Numbered from the stretch's first letter, positions 1 through 8,759 are shown. The stretch is DNA of 45,517 nt from an uncultured Derxia sp. (GCA_963977835.1 CAXBRX010000001.1:1-45517); one strand, 5' to 3'. A program made the numbers and translations. Notes: generated by a model from the sequence alone, not told the origin.

Positions 1-1332
1 GAATTCAAACTGCGCACCGGCGTCAAATGGCATGACGGCAGCGACTTCACGGCCGACGATGTGATCTTCTCGCTCGACCGGCCCAAGCAACTCGTCGGCA
101 CGCCGAGCGGCTTTGCGAGCTTCGTGCGCAACATCGTCGGCATGCAGGCGCCCGACAAGCACACGCTGCGCATCCGCGTCTCGACGCCCAACAACGCCTG
201 GTTCCCGCTCGACCTCTCGAACCTCGTCATCGTGCAAAAGCGCGCCTGCGAAAAAGCGGCCGCGCAAGCCGATTTCGACAACGGCCGCGCGATGATCGGC
301 ACCGGCCCTTACCGTTTCGTGCGCTTCGTGCGCGGCGACCGCGCTGAATACGTGCGCAACGAGCAGTACTGGGGCGGCCCACTCAATGTGAAGCCGCAAT
401 TCGAGAAGGTGACGCTGCGCATCCTGATCCAGGACGCGACGCGCATGGCCGCCTTGCTCGCGGGCGATCTCGACGTGATCGAGAACATCCCGCCGCAAGA
501 CCTCGCCAAGCTCGCCGCCAACACGCAATTTCGCATCGTCAAACAGGTGTCGTGGCGGACCATGCTGTTCCACATGGACCAGGCGCGCGAGGTCTCGCCT
601 TTCATCACCGACAAGACCGGGCGGCCACTCGCGCGCAATCCGTTCAAGGACCAGCGCGTGCGCCATGCGTTCAACCTCGCGATCAACCGGCAAGCGATCG
701 CCGAGCGCGTGATGGAAGGCCTCGCGGTGCCGAGCAACAATCTGATGTGCCCGACCTGCTTCGGGTACAACCCCGCGCTCAAGCCCGTCGGCTACGACCC
801 CGAGGCCGCGAAGAAATTGCTCGCCGAAGCCGGTTACCCGAACGGGTTCAGCCTGGTGCTGCACGGGCCGAACAACCGCTATCTGAATGATGAACAAGTG
901 GTGCAGACGGTGGCCGGCATGCTCGCGCGCATCGGCATCCAGACCCGGGTCGAGACCATGCCGCAGGCCAGCTACTTCCCGCGCTTCAACAAGGGCGAGT
1001 TCAGTTTCGCGTTTGTCGGCTGGGGCTCCTTGCCCGGCGATTCATCGATGCGGCATCAATTCGGCACCTATGACGAACAAGCCGGCTGGGGCGCCTGGAA
1101 CGGCGGGCGCGGCAGTTATCCGGAACTCGATGCGATGCTCAAGCAGGCGCGCGCGACACCCGACGACGCCAAGCGCGCCGAAATTGCGCGCAATGCCGCC
1201 GCGCTGATTGCGCGTAACGATCAGGCGGTCTTCCTGTACCACCAGGTCTACACCTGGGCGATGCGGCGCGAATTCAATTACCCCGGACGGGTGGACGAGC
1301 AGACCTTGGGACAGTTCTTCACGCGGGCCTGA
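1..1332 (+). CDS. ABC transporter substrate-binding protein, family 5 (peptide/nickel/opine type); 5-prime end lies outside the window
   Basis: Frame 1 is open from nt 1 (EFKLRTGVKWHDGSDFTADDVIFS...) and continues into the 61..1332 ORF. The VKWHDGxxFTAxDV motif and the overall length and pattern are typical of SBP_bac_5 proteins. Confidence 0.85.
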   Translation, partial: EFKLRTGVKWHDGSDFTADDVIFSLDRPKQLVGTPSGFASFVRNIVGMQAPDKHTLRIRVSTPNNAWFPLDLSNLVIVQKRACEKAAAQADFDNGRAMIGTGPYRFVRFVRGDRAEYVRNEQYWGGPLNVKPQFEKVTLRILIQDATRMAALLAGDLDVIENIPPQDLAKLAANTQFRIVKQVSWRTMLFHMDQAREVSPFITDKTGRPLARNPFKDQRVRHAFNLAINRQAIAERVMEGLAVPSNNLMCPTCFGYNPALKPVGYDPEAAKKLLAEAGYPNGFSLVLHGPNNRYLNDEQVVQTVAGMLARIGIQTRVETMPQASYFPRFNKGEFSFAFVGWGSLPGDSSMRHQFGTYDEQAGWGAWNGGRGSYPELDAMLKQARATPDDAKRAEIARNAAALIARNDQAVFLYHQVYTWAMRREFNYPGRVDEQTLGQFFTRA

Positions 1333-1347
1333 CGGGCGCCTGCGTCC

Positions 1348-1764
1348 TCAAAGTCCGGCCCAGCGCAGCAGATCTTTGGCGCTCATCGCACCTGAGGTGC
1401 GATTGACTTCCTGCCCGCCGCGCAACAGCGCCAGCGTCGGGATGCTACGGATGCGATAGCGCAGCGAGGTCTTGGGATTTTCGTCGGTGTCGACCTTGAC
1501 GAACAAAGCGCGCCCGCGTGTCTGCTCGGCCGCCTGTTCGAATTGCGGCGCCATCATCCGGCATGGACCGCACCAGGGCGCCCAGAAATCCACCAAAATT
1601 GGCAACTCCGTCTTGGTAACGACGGCCTCGAAATTGGCATCGGTCAAGGACACCGGCTTGCCGTCGAGCAAAGGCGCGCCGCATTGGCCGCAGGTCGGCG
1701 CGTCGCCCGCGCGTTCATCGGGAATGCGGTTGGTGGCCAGACAATGCGGGCAGACGACATGCAT
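1348..1764 (-). CDS. trxC: Thioredoxin 2 (TrxC type, with N-terminal zinc finger)
   Basis: Start trimmed to Met21 of ORF 1348..1824 (MHVVCPHC...), which follows GGAGGA. It has the N-terminal CPHC...CGQC zinc-finger pair and the WCGPC active site. Confidence 0.9.
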   Translation of the reverse strand: MHVVCPHCLATNRIPDERAGDAPTCGQCGAPLLDGKPVSLTDANFEAVVTKTELPILVDFWAPWCGPCRMMAPQFEQAAEQTRGRALFVKVDTDENPKTSLRYRIRSIPTLALLRGGQEVNRTSGAMSAKDLLRWAGL

Positions 1765-1854
1765 GGATTCCTCCGGCTTTTGATGGTCGTGCCCCGCAAT
1801 TGGGGGCGCGAGCCCGAGGATCAACTGCGACCGGTGACTGCGGTCACGCGCGAC

Positions 1855-2676
1855 TCAAGCAGCGCGCGCTCCGGGCACCTTGATCTGCCCTTCGAGATAA
1901 CGCACGCAATGCCCGGTCATGAAGACACGATCGGCATCGAGCACGATGTCGAGCGCGCCGCCGCGCGCCGAGGCCTGGTAGGCGCGCATGCGGGTCTTGC
2001 CCAGACGCGCGGCCCAGAACGGCGCGAGCGTGCAATGTGCCGAACCGGTGACCGGGTCTTCGGCCACGCCCGAAAACGGCGCAAAGAAACGCGAAACGAA
2101 ATCGAAACCGGAATTAGTCTCGGCAGGCGCCGTCACGATGAGGTTGCGGTCTTGCAGCCAGTCGAGCGCGCCAAAGCGCGGCTGCAGATGGCGCAAGACG
2201 CCCGCGCCATCAACGAGCGCGAGATTGCGCCGCCCGACCCAGTATTCGAGCGCGCTGGTGCCGAGCACCTCGGCGAGCGCGGGCGGCAGCTCGGCGCGCA
2301 CCGGCACATCGACCGGAAAATCGAGGGTGTAGGCCGCGGGGCCGATGTGCTGTGCCCGCGTGACGCGCAAAGTGCCGCTGCGGGTGGTGAAACTGACCTG
2401 ATTCGCCTGCGGGCTCAGGGTCTCGAAGATGATGCTGGCCGAGGCGAGCGTGGCATGCCCGCACAAATCGACTTCGACCGTGGGCGTGAACCAGCGCAAT
2501 TGATAATGATCGCCGGTCGCGACGAAGAACGCGGTTTCCGACAGATTGTTCTCGGCGGCGATGGCCTGCATCACCGCATCGGGCAGCCAATGCGCGAGCG
2601 GCACGACCGCGGCCGGATTGCCGCGAAAGACCTGCTCGGCAAACGCATCGACTTGATAGATCGGCAAAGTCTGCAT
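1855..2676 (-). CDS. PhzF-family phenazine-biosynthesis-like isomerase (function unknown outside phenazine producers)
   Basis: Start trimmed to MQTLPIYQVDAFAEQVFRGNPAAVV, a typical PhzF/YddE N-terminus. Length is about 273 aa. Confidence 0.85.
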   Translation of the reverse strand: MQTLPIYQVDAFAEQVFRGNPAAVVPLAHWLPDAVMQAIAAENNLSETAFFVATGDHYQLRWFTPTVEVDLCGHATLASASIIFETLSPQANQVSFTTRSGTLRVTRAQHIGPAAYTLDFPVDVPVRAELPPALAEVLGTSALEYWVGRRNLALVDGAGVLRHLQPRFGALDWLQDRNLIVTAPAETNSGFDFVSRFFAPFSGVAEDPVTGSAHCTLAPFWAARLGKTRMRAYQASARGGALDIVLDADRVFMTGHCVRYLEGQIKVPGARAA

Positions 2677-2725
2677 GGCGGGTCTCCTCGGCGGCACGAC
2701 CGCGCTCGGTCGGGCTCAGTGGTCT

Positions 2726-3853
2726 TCAGTCGCGCAAGACGGCGAGGATGGGCGCGAGCACCGCGCGCCCGAGGGCGCGGCTGCGCGCACCGTCCCATCC
2801 GGCCTTGGCATCGGGCAGATTGTCGTTGTCCTTGAACGGCATTTCCAGGGTCAGCGACAGACAACCGAAAGCCTGCCCCACCCATTTGGACGCAAGCTTG
2901 AGCGCGTCGGCGCTGTATTTGTCGGTCGGGTAGCCGTGTTCGGTCTGGAAATCGGGCGCGGCGAGTTTGAATTGTTCGACGAAGCGTTGTTGCAGCCGGG
3001 CCTGGGTGTCGGAATAGCTGGGCAGCATTTCGCTGCCGGCGACGAAGACGAAAGGCAAGGTTTCATCACCATGCACATCGAGGAAGAAGGCGCAGCCGGT
3101 CTGCTCCATCTTCGTGCGCACCGCGAGCACCTCGGGCGAACGCAGCGCATCCGGCTGCATCCATTCGCGGTTCAGATTGGCGCCGGTGGCACTCGCGCGC
3201 AGATTGCCGCGCACGCTGCCGTCGGGATTCATGTTGGGCACGAGGTAGAACCGCGCACGTTCGAGCACGGTGCGCGCCAGGCTGTCGGAGGTATCGAGCA
3301 AGCGATCGATGAGCCCTTCCATGAACCATTCGGCCATGGTTTCGCCCGGATGCTGGCGCGCGATGATCCAGACCGGCCTGCCGGCCGGATTGCCAAGCGC
3401 GACCGCGTCGAAATCGCGGCCGTCGGGCGTGCTGCCCAGCGTGAGCATGGCCGCGCCGGGTGCGAGTTGGGCCCGGCCCATCAAGGCCAGATGGCGCTCC
3501 CAGCCGTAAGGCTCGAAATACGCGAAATAGACCGACGCGTGCGCGCAGGCGAAGTCGGCGCGCATGGTCTGGCCGTCGTAGTGCGTGGGAATGCGAAACC
3601 AATGCACATGGTCATAGCTCACGCACAGACGGTAGCCCGACCAGCCGCCCGCGAAGGTGCAGGCGCCGGCATTCAGGAAGTTGAGCGACAGGTTGCGGCC
3701 AGCGCCGCCCTGGACCCGGAAATGAAACCATTGCCGGAAATCGCAGGCGGGGTCGGTGGTCGAATCGCAGCGGATCGCGAGATCGAGACGATCGCCTTCG
3801 ATCGCCACCACTTCGATGGCACCGGAATCGAAACTGCTGGAAACCTTCAGCAT
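2726..3853 (-). CDS. M14-family zinc carboxypeptidase, cytosolic-carboxypeptidase-like (M14D-type N-domain)
   Basis: Shows the zinc motif HPGE(T), NPDG, and a later DVHGDE histidine. The N-terminal FDSGAI and WFHF motifs resemble the FESGNL / WFYF motifs of the CCP N-domain. No signal peptide is visible. Confidence 0.8.
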   Translation of the reverse strand: MLKVSSSFDSGAIEVVAIEGDRLDLAIRCDSTTDPACDFRQWFHFRVQGGAGRNLSLNFLNAGACTFAGGWSGYRLCVSYDHVHWFRIPTHYDGQTMRADFACAHASVYFAYFEPYGWERHLALMGRAQLAPGAAMLTLGSTPDGRDFDAVALGNPAGRPVWIIARQHPGETMAEWFMEGLIDRLLDTSDSLARTVLERARFYLVPNMNPDGSVRGNLRASATGANLNREWMQPDALRSPEVLAVRTKMEQTGCAFFLDVHGDETLPFVFVAGSEMLPSYSDTQARLQQRFVEQFKLAAPDFQTEHGYPTDKYSADALKLASKWVGQAFGCLSLTLEMPFKDNDNLPDAKAGWDGARSRALGRAVLAPILAVLRD

Positions 3854-3877
3854 CGGCCGTATCCCTTCGTGTTCGTA

Positions 3878-4681
3878 TCAATCGTTTGAAGACGCGACGC
3901 CGCCCACGGGCTCGCGCCGGAATCGCCAGGTATGGTCATCGGATGCGTCGGCATCCCAGGCATACCCGGCTTCATCGAAGCCCTTGAGCTGTTCGGGGTC
4001 TTCGATGCGATGGGTGATCGCATACCGGGCCATCATGCCGCGCGCACGTTTGGCATGGAAGCTCACGATCTTCCAGCCGCGCTCGGTGCGTTCTTCGAAC
4101 ACCGGGGTGATGATCGTAGCCTTCAAGGCTTCGATGCGCACCGATTTGAAATATTCGGCGCTCGCGCAATTGACGATCACCTGGGGCCGACCTTCCAGCG
4201 CGGCCAGGTCGGCGCGCAGGCAGGCGGCGATGCGCTCGCCCCAGAACGCGTACAAGTCCGCCCCGCGCCGGGTCGGCAGCCGCGTGCCCATTTCGAGGCG
4301 ATACGGCTGCATGAAATCGAGCGGACGCAAGACGCCGTACAAGCCGCTGAGGATGCGCACGCGGTCTTGTGCATAGGCCAGATCGGCCTCGCCCAGGCTG
4401 TGCGCTTCGAGCCCGTCATAGACATCGCCGTCAAACATGTAGAGCGCCTGCTTGGCGTTGCTGGCGTCGAACACCGGCGTCCAGCTCGCGTAACGCGCCA
4501 CATTCAAGGCGGCCAGGGTGTCGGACAAGGACATCAATTCGGCCAGTTGTGCCGGGCCGTAGCGACGCAATGTCGCGATCAGGGTCTTGGCTTCCGCGAC
4601 GAAGCGCGGTTGTGTGGCCTGGGTTACCGGGGGCGGCGATTCGACGTCGAGACGTTTGGCGGGCGACAGCACAATCAGCAT
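3878..4681 (-). CDS. yaaA: Peroxide stress protein YaaA (UPF0246/DUF328)
   Basis: Start trimmed to Met46 of ORF 3878..4816 (MLIVLSPAKRLD...), the canonical YaaA N-terminus. Length is about 267 aa. Confidence 0.9.
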   Translation of the reverse strand: MLIVLSPAKRLDVESPPPVTQATQPRFVAEAKTLIATLRRYGPAQLAELMSLSDTLAALNVARYASWTPVFDASNAKQALYMFDGDVYDGLEAHSLGEADLAYAQDRVRILSGLYGVLRPLDFMQPYRLEMGTRLPTRRGADLYAFWGERIAACLRADLAALEGRPQVIVNCASAEYFKSVRIEALKATIITPVFEERTERGWKIVSFHAKRARGMMARYAITHRIEDPEQLKGFDEAGYAWDADASDDHTWRFRREPVGGVASSND

Positions 4682-4798
4682 GGCAGGTTCAAAATACGTC
4701 GCGCCGCGGGGGTGCGGCGCGTGTTGATCAGCATCAAGCATACGATACGCGAACGCGGTCTTGCACCGGCCGGGCGCTCCTAGAATCGCAGACTCGAC

Positions 4799-5530
4799 AT
4801 GGGCATCTTTCATCACGAACTTCCGCAGGGCATCGCCTGGTTCACGCTCGCACTGGCGGCGGTGATCCTGGTGCTCTGCTGGCGCCGCGCGCCCTGGGCG
4901 CGACTGAAGTCCGACGGCGTGCTGTTCACCTGGCTCGCCACCACGACCATCACCACCTCGACCTGGCTGTTTTCAGTCAAGGTCCAGCCCGATTTCAGCC
5001 TGTTTTTGCTGTGCACGCCGCTGATCGCCTTGATGTTCGGCCCTGCGCTGGCCATTTTGTCGATCGCCATCGCGCTGTGCTTTTACACCTACATGATCGA
5101 CGGCGTCTGGGCCAACCTTGGTCTGAACCTGCTGCTCGACGGCGTGCTGCCTGCGCTGGTCAGCCATACGGTGGTGCGATTGTCGCAGCGGCACCTGCCG
5201 CGCAATGTCTTCGTCTATCTGTTCATCAGCAGTTTCTTCGGCGGCATCGTCGCGATCGCCTCGGTCATGCTCGCCAGCATCGGCCTGCAAGCCATCGCCG
5301 GTTATTACCCGGCCCGTTATCTGGTCGAAGAAGTGCTGCCCTCGGCCTTGCTGTTGGCCTGGGGCGAAGGCCTCACGCTCGGCATGATCGCGAGCGCCCT
5401 GACCATCTACGCCCCGGCGGTGATGCTATCGTTCGACGACGCGTCCTACTTGGCCAAAGGCCCGGCCCGGTTTGGCGACCGGCCAGCCGACCGCCCCGAC
5501 TTCGGCGACCCGAACCAGCACAAGCACTGA
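4799..5530 (+). CDS. Polytopic integral membrane protein of unknown function
   Basis: 243 aa with about 6 long hydrophobic segments by eye and a charged Pro/Asp/Arg-rich C-terminal tail. I recognise no family motif. Confidence 0.6.
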   Translation: MGIFHHELPQGIAWFTLALAAVILVLCWRRAPWARLKSDGVLFTWLATTTITTSTWLFSVKVQPDFSLFLLCTPLIALMFGPALAILSIAIALCFYTYMIDGVWANLGLNLLLDGVLPALVSHTVVRLSQRHLPRNVFVYLFISSFFGGIVAIASVMLASIGLQAIAGYYPARYLVEEVLPSALLLAWGEGLTLGMIASALTIYAPAVMLSFDDASYLAKGPARFGDRPADRPDFGDPNQHKH

Positions 5531-5966
5531 GCTCTTGCACGTCGCTCTCGATTCCAACATCTGGCTCGATCTGTTCGTCTTCGACGATCCGCGCGTACGC
5601 ACGCTCGGTGGTTTGCTGAGGCCAGACGCCCTGCAACCGATCGCCAGCGCGCCGATGCTCGACGAGTTGCGCGCGGTGCTCGATTACGCCCATTTGCGCG
5701 CACGCTGCCCTGACGGCCAGGCCTTGCTCGAACGCGTCGGCAGCCTGTGCACCTTGATCGCCACGCCCGCGCCCATGGACCTGCCGCGTTGCCGCGATCC
5801 GCACGATCAGAAATTCCTCGAAGCGGCGGCTGCAGGCGAGGCGCAATTGCTGGTCAGCAAAGACAAAGCCGTGCTCAAACTCGCACGGCGCTTCAAGCAA
5901 TTCGCGATCGTCGCCCCCGGTCCGGCGCTCGACGCCTGGATCGCCGCGCATTGCCCGCCGGCCTGA
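5472..5966 (+). CDS. PIN-domain protein (TIGR00305-like putative toxin component); start uncertain (ATG 5472 or TTG 5535)
   Basis: Contains VALDSNIWLDLF near the N-terminus and CRDPHDQKFLEAAAAGEAQLLVSKDKAVLKL near the C-terminus, matching the stand-alone PIN family pattern (xLDTNV... RDPxDxxxLxxAxxxxAxxLVTxDKDL). ATG 5472 overlaps the upstream gene by 59 nt. TTG 5535 lies 4 nt after its stop. Confidence 0.7.
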   Translation: MATGQPTAPTSATRTSTSTELLHVALDSNIWLDLFVFDDPRVRTLGGLLRPDALQPIASAPMLDELRAVLDYAHLRARCPDGQALLERVGSLCTLIATPAPMDLPRCRDPHDQKFLEAAAAGEAQLLVSKDKAVLKLARRFKQFAIVAPGPALDAWIAAHCPPA

Positions 5967-6063
5967 GGCCGCAGCCCGTCTTCGCAGGCCGCCTTTGCGG
6001 CACTTTCTGCGACACTTGCATGAATGGCGCAGGATTCGCGCCGCGCTCCATCTCGGCTTCCAC

Positions 6064-7236
6064 ATGCATACCGGCACCACTCCCAAACTCGACACCCGTC
6101 TGCCCAAGGTCGGCACCACCATTTTCACGGTCATGAGCGCGCTCGCGACCGAACATGGCGCGATCAATCTCGGCCAAGGCTTTCCTGATTTCGATTGCGA
6201 TCCGCGCCTTATCGATGCCGTCACGCAAGCGATGCGCAACGGACTGAACCAATACCCGCCGATGACCGGCCTGCCGGCACTGCGCGCAGCCATCGCCGAC
6301 AAGATCGCGGCGCTGTACGGCCGCCGCTATGACGCAGGCAATGAAATCACCGTCACCGCCGGTGCGACCCAGGCGATCCTGACCGCCATCCTGTGCGCGG
6401 TGCACCCAGGCGATGAAGTCATCGTGATCGAGCCGGCATACGACAGTTATCTGCCGGCCATCACCCTGGCCGGCGGCATACCCGTGCTGGTCTCCATGAC
6501 GGCGCCCACCGAGGGCCGCGGCTTCGCCGTGCCGTGGGAACGTGTGGCCGCCGCCGTCACGCCGCGCACGCGGATGATTCTCGTCAATTCGCCGCACAAC
6601 CCGACCGGCATGGTCTTCACCGCCGCCGATCTCGATGCGCTCGCCGGCATCACGCGCGGCACCGACATCCTGGTGCTGTCCGACGAGGTCTATGAGCACA
6701 TGGTCTACGACGGCCAGCCGCATGCCTCGCTCGCGGGCCATGACGAACTCGCCGCGCGCAGTTTCGTGATCTCGAGCTTCGGCAAGACCTATCACGTCAC
6801 CGGCTGGAAGGTCGCCTATTGCGCGGCGCCCGCCGCACTCAGCGCCGAGTTCCGCAAGGTGCATCAATTCAATGTGTTCACCGTGAACACGCCGATGCAG
6901 GCCGGCATCGCCGAATACCTGCGCGACCCTTCGCCGCACCTGAATCTGCCCGCGTTCTACCAGGCCAAGCGCGACCGCTTTCGCGCCGGCCTCGCGCACA
7001 CGCGTTTTGCGCTGCTGCCGTGCGCGGGCACTTATTTCCAATCGGTGGATTACCGCGCGATCTCTGACCTGCCCGAAGCCGATTTCTGCCGTTGGCTCAC
7101 GACCGAGATCGGCGTGGCAGCGATTCCGATGAGTGCCTTCTTCGACACGCCGCGCGAACACGGCGTGGTGCGGTTCTGCTTTGCGAAGAAAGACGCGACG
7201 CTCGACGCGGCGATCGAGCGCTTGCGCAAGCTCTGA
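6064..7236 (+). CDS. ybdL: PLP-dependent aminotransferase, YbdL (methionine aminotransferase) family
   Basis: Start trimmed to Met24 (MHTGTTPKLDTRLPKVGTTIFTVMSALA...). INLGQGFPDF, NQYPPMTG and the SFGKTYHVTGWKV PLP-lysine motif closely parallel E. coli YbdL as I recall it. Confidence 0.88.
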   Translation: MHTGTTPKLDTRLPKVGTTIFTVMSALATEHGAINLGQGFPDFDCDPRLIDAVTQAMRNGLNQYPPMTGLPALRAAIADKIAALYGRRYDAGNEITVTAGATQAILTAILCAVHPGDEVIVIEPAYDSYLPAITLAGGIPVLVSMTAPTEGRGFAVPWERVAAAVTPRTRMILVNSPHNPTGMVFTAADLDALAGITRGTDILVLSDEVYEHMVYDGQPHASLAGHDELAARSFVISSFGKTYHVTGWKVAYCAAPAALSAEFRKVHQFNVFTVNTPMQAGIAEYLRDPSPHLNLPAFYQAKRDRFRAGLAHTRFALLPCAGTYFQSVDYRAISDLPEADFCRWLTTEIGVAAIPMSAFFDTPREHGVVRFCFAKKDATLDAAIERLRKL

Positions 7237-7240
7237 GCCT

Positions 7241-8104
7241 TCAAGGCCACATGAACATCATGCGCGGTGCCGTGCCTTGCCGGCCCGGCACCGCCGCCCA
7301 TGAAAGCTCATTGATGCGGGCCTGCGCTTCGGCGGGCCGGTCGAGCGCCAGCAAGGCATAGGCGAGGAAGACGCGCGCATCGTCGTCCTTCGGGTCGGCC
7401 GCGAGCTTCGCCAACGCACGCGCCTGTACGGCCTGCGCATCGCCTTGCAACTTCATGAGTTCTACGAAGCGCTTGCCCAGCCATTGGGCCTGCACATCGA
7501 GCAAGGCCACCGCCTTCGGGTTCTTCAAATCGCCATGGCACGACTGGCAATCGTCGGACGACCACCGCCCGAGTTCATGCACCACATGCTCGACCGCGGC
7601 ACGCTCTTCGACGAGATTTCCGGCCAACTGCGCGAGCCGCACCTTCAGCGCCCAATAGCGACGTTGATCGCGGGTATTCAGATGTTCGAGATGGGCGATC
7701 TTGGCGAGGGTCTCGTTGGCCGCCGCAAAATTGCCTTCGTTCAAATAACCGTTGGCCAGCAGCACTTGCGCCAAGGGCAACAGCGCGAACGGGTCGTCCT
7801 GCCCGCTGAGGGCGCGCAAGGTCGCTGCATCGCCGCTGCGAACCGCGGCTTCGCGCGTCAGGCGCACCCAGGTTGCGCGGTCCTCGTCGTTCATCGTCGC
7901 CGGATTCATCGCGCGCAAAGCCTGGGCGGTGCGCGGCACGTCGTCGCGTGCGGTCTTGCGCAATTGGTCCAGCTGTTCCTTGGTCGATTGGGCGGCAGTC
8001 TTCTGCGGCTCGTTTGTACGCGTGGACTCCTGCGCCGACGCGACTCCGATCGACGCGAGGATCAACGTGACCATCAAGGTCTTGTATCGTCTGTTCATGT
8101 TCAT
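7241..8104 (-). CDS. Secreted helical-repeat (TPR-like) protein with a single CXXCH motif; function unknown
   Basis: Start trimmed to MNMNRRYKTLMVTLILASIGVASA|QE, a Sec signal peptide with an AxA site. The body is Ala/Leu-rich and helical. CQSCH is encoded at 7535..7549. Confidence 0.6.
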   Translation of the reverse strand: MNMNRRYKTLMVTLILASIGVASAQESTRTNEPQKTAAQSTKEQLDQLRKTARDDVPRTAQALRAMNPATMNDEDRATWVRLTREAAVRSGDAATLRALSGQDDPFALLPLAQVLLANGYLNEGNFAAANETLAKIAHLEHLNTRDQRRYWALKVRLAQLAGNLVEERAAVEHVVHELGRWSSDDCQSCHGDLKNPKAVALLDVQAQWLGKRFVELMKLQGDAQAVQARALAKLAADPKDDDARVFLAYALLALDRPAEAQARINELSWAAVPGRQGTAPRMMFMWP

Positions 8105-8204
8105 GATGAAGAGTGCATAAGCGGCGCGGCGCATCTTACTGCGCCGGCAACGCGGCACGTGCGCATGTCCATCGATGCGCGTGCGGTGAGTCAAAGGGTG
8201 ATGA

Positions 8205-8759
8205 TTAAGACAACGCCCGATCGCTCGCCAGCAAGCCGTACACATTGACGCCGTAGGCGCGGCCCTTGGCGACCCAGCGCTCGCGCAAGAAGCCCTCATG
8301 CACGAAGCCCAGCGCGCGCAGGAGCGCGTCGGAGGCCACGTTATCCGGATTCACTTCGGCTTCGATGCGGCGCAGATGCAGCCCCTCGAACGCATGGGCC
8401 AACAAGGCGCGCAGCGCTTCGCGCGCATAGCCCTGGCGCCAATGCGCTCGCCCGATGACGTAGCCAAGTTCGGCACGCGCACTGCCTTCGTCGTATTTGA
8501 ACAGCAGCGCGGTGCCGACGATCTTGGCATCGGCGCGACGCACGATGACCATTTGCCGCACGGTGCCGGTCTCGACCAGAGCGCACATGCGCTCGAACCA
8601 CGCGCGCGCGTCGTCCAGCGTTTGCCAGGTGGCGTACGGCAGGAAATGCGTGACCGCCTGATCGCCGTTGATCTCGAGCAGATCCGGAAGATCGTCGATG
8701 CCGACGGCACGCACCATGAGGCGCGAAGTCTGGATCGGATCGATGATGGGCAAGGCCAC
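8205..8759 (-). CDS. GNAT-family N-acetyltransferase (RimJ/RimL-like, Acetyltransf_3 type)
   Basis: 184 aa. TSRLMVRAVGIDDLPDLLEINGD... and the later GYVIGRAHWRQGYAREALRALL are typical of RimJ/L-type GNATs. Confidence 0.8.
   Translation of the reverse strand: MALPIIDPIQTSRLMVRAVGIDDLPDLLEINGDQAVTHFLPYATWQTLDDARAWFERMCALVETGTVRQMVIVRRADAKIVGTALLFKYDEGSARAELGYVIGRAHWRQGYAREALRALLAHAFEGLHLRRIEAEVNPDNVASDALLRALGFVHEGFLRERWVAKGRAYGVNVYGLLASDRALS

Noticed and set aside
1-6. The window begins with GAATTC (EcoRI), which suggests a cloning boundary or an engineered junction.
   Set aside because: Other GAATTC sites occur inside the window (for example near 1270 and 19590), and the reading frame of the binding-protein gene runs straight through the site. 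It is most likely an arbitrary or partial-digest boundary with no biological meaning.
4701-4737. A GC hairpin (GCGCCGC-gggggt-GCGGCGC, 4701..4720) and the palindrome TTGATcagcATCAA (4724..4737) in the yaaA / membrane-protein divergent region, considered as an operator or attenuator.
   Set aside because: Short 5-7 bp inverted repeats are expected by chance in a 117-nt GC-rich spacer. No OxyR-like or other known box is recognisable, and the T-run after the hairpin is not adjacent to it. They are mentioned only as candidates under the yaaA cluster finding.
4779-4790. The 12-mer CCTAGAATCGCA occurs twice (4779..4790 and 19913..19924). Each copy lies upstream of a plus-strand gene (the membrane protein and the HDAC) and contains a -10-like TAGAAT. 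This looked like a shared promoter or regulatory motif.
   Set aside because: In a 45-kb window dozens of identical 12-mer pairs are expected by chance (about N^2/2/4^12). Neither copy has a properly spaced -35 element (TTGCAC at 14 nt in the first, none convincing in the second). Each TAGAAT may still be a real -10 box, but there is no support for a repeated element.
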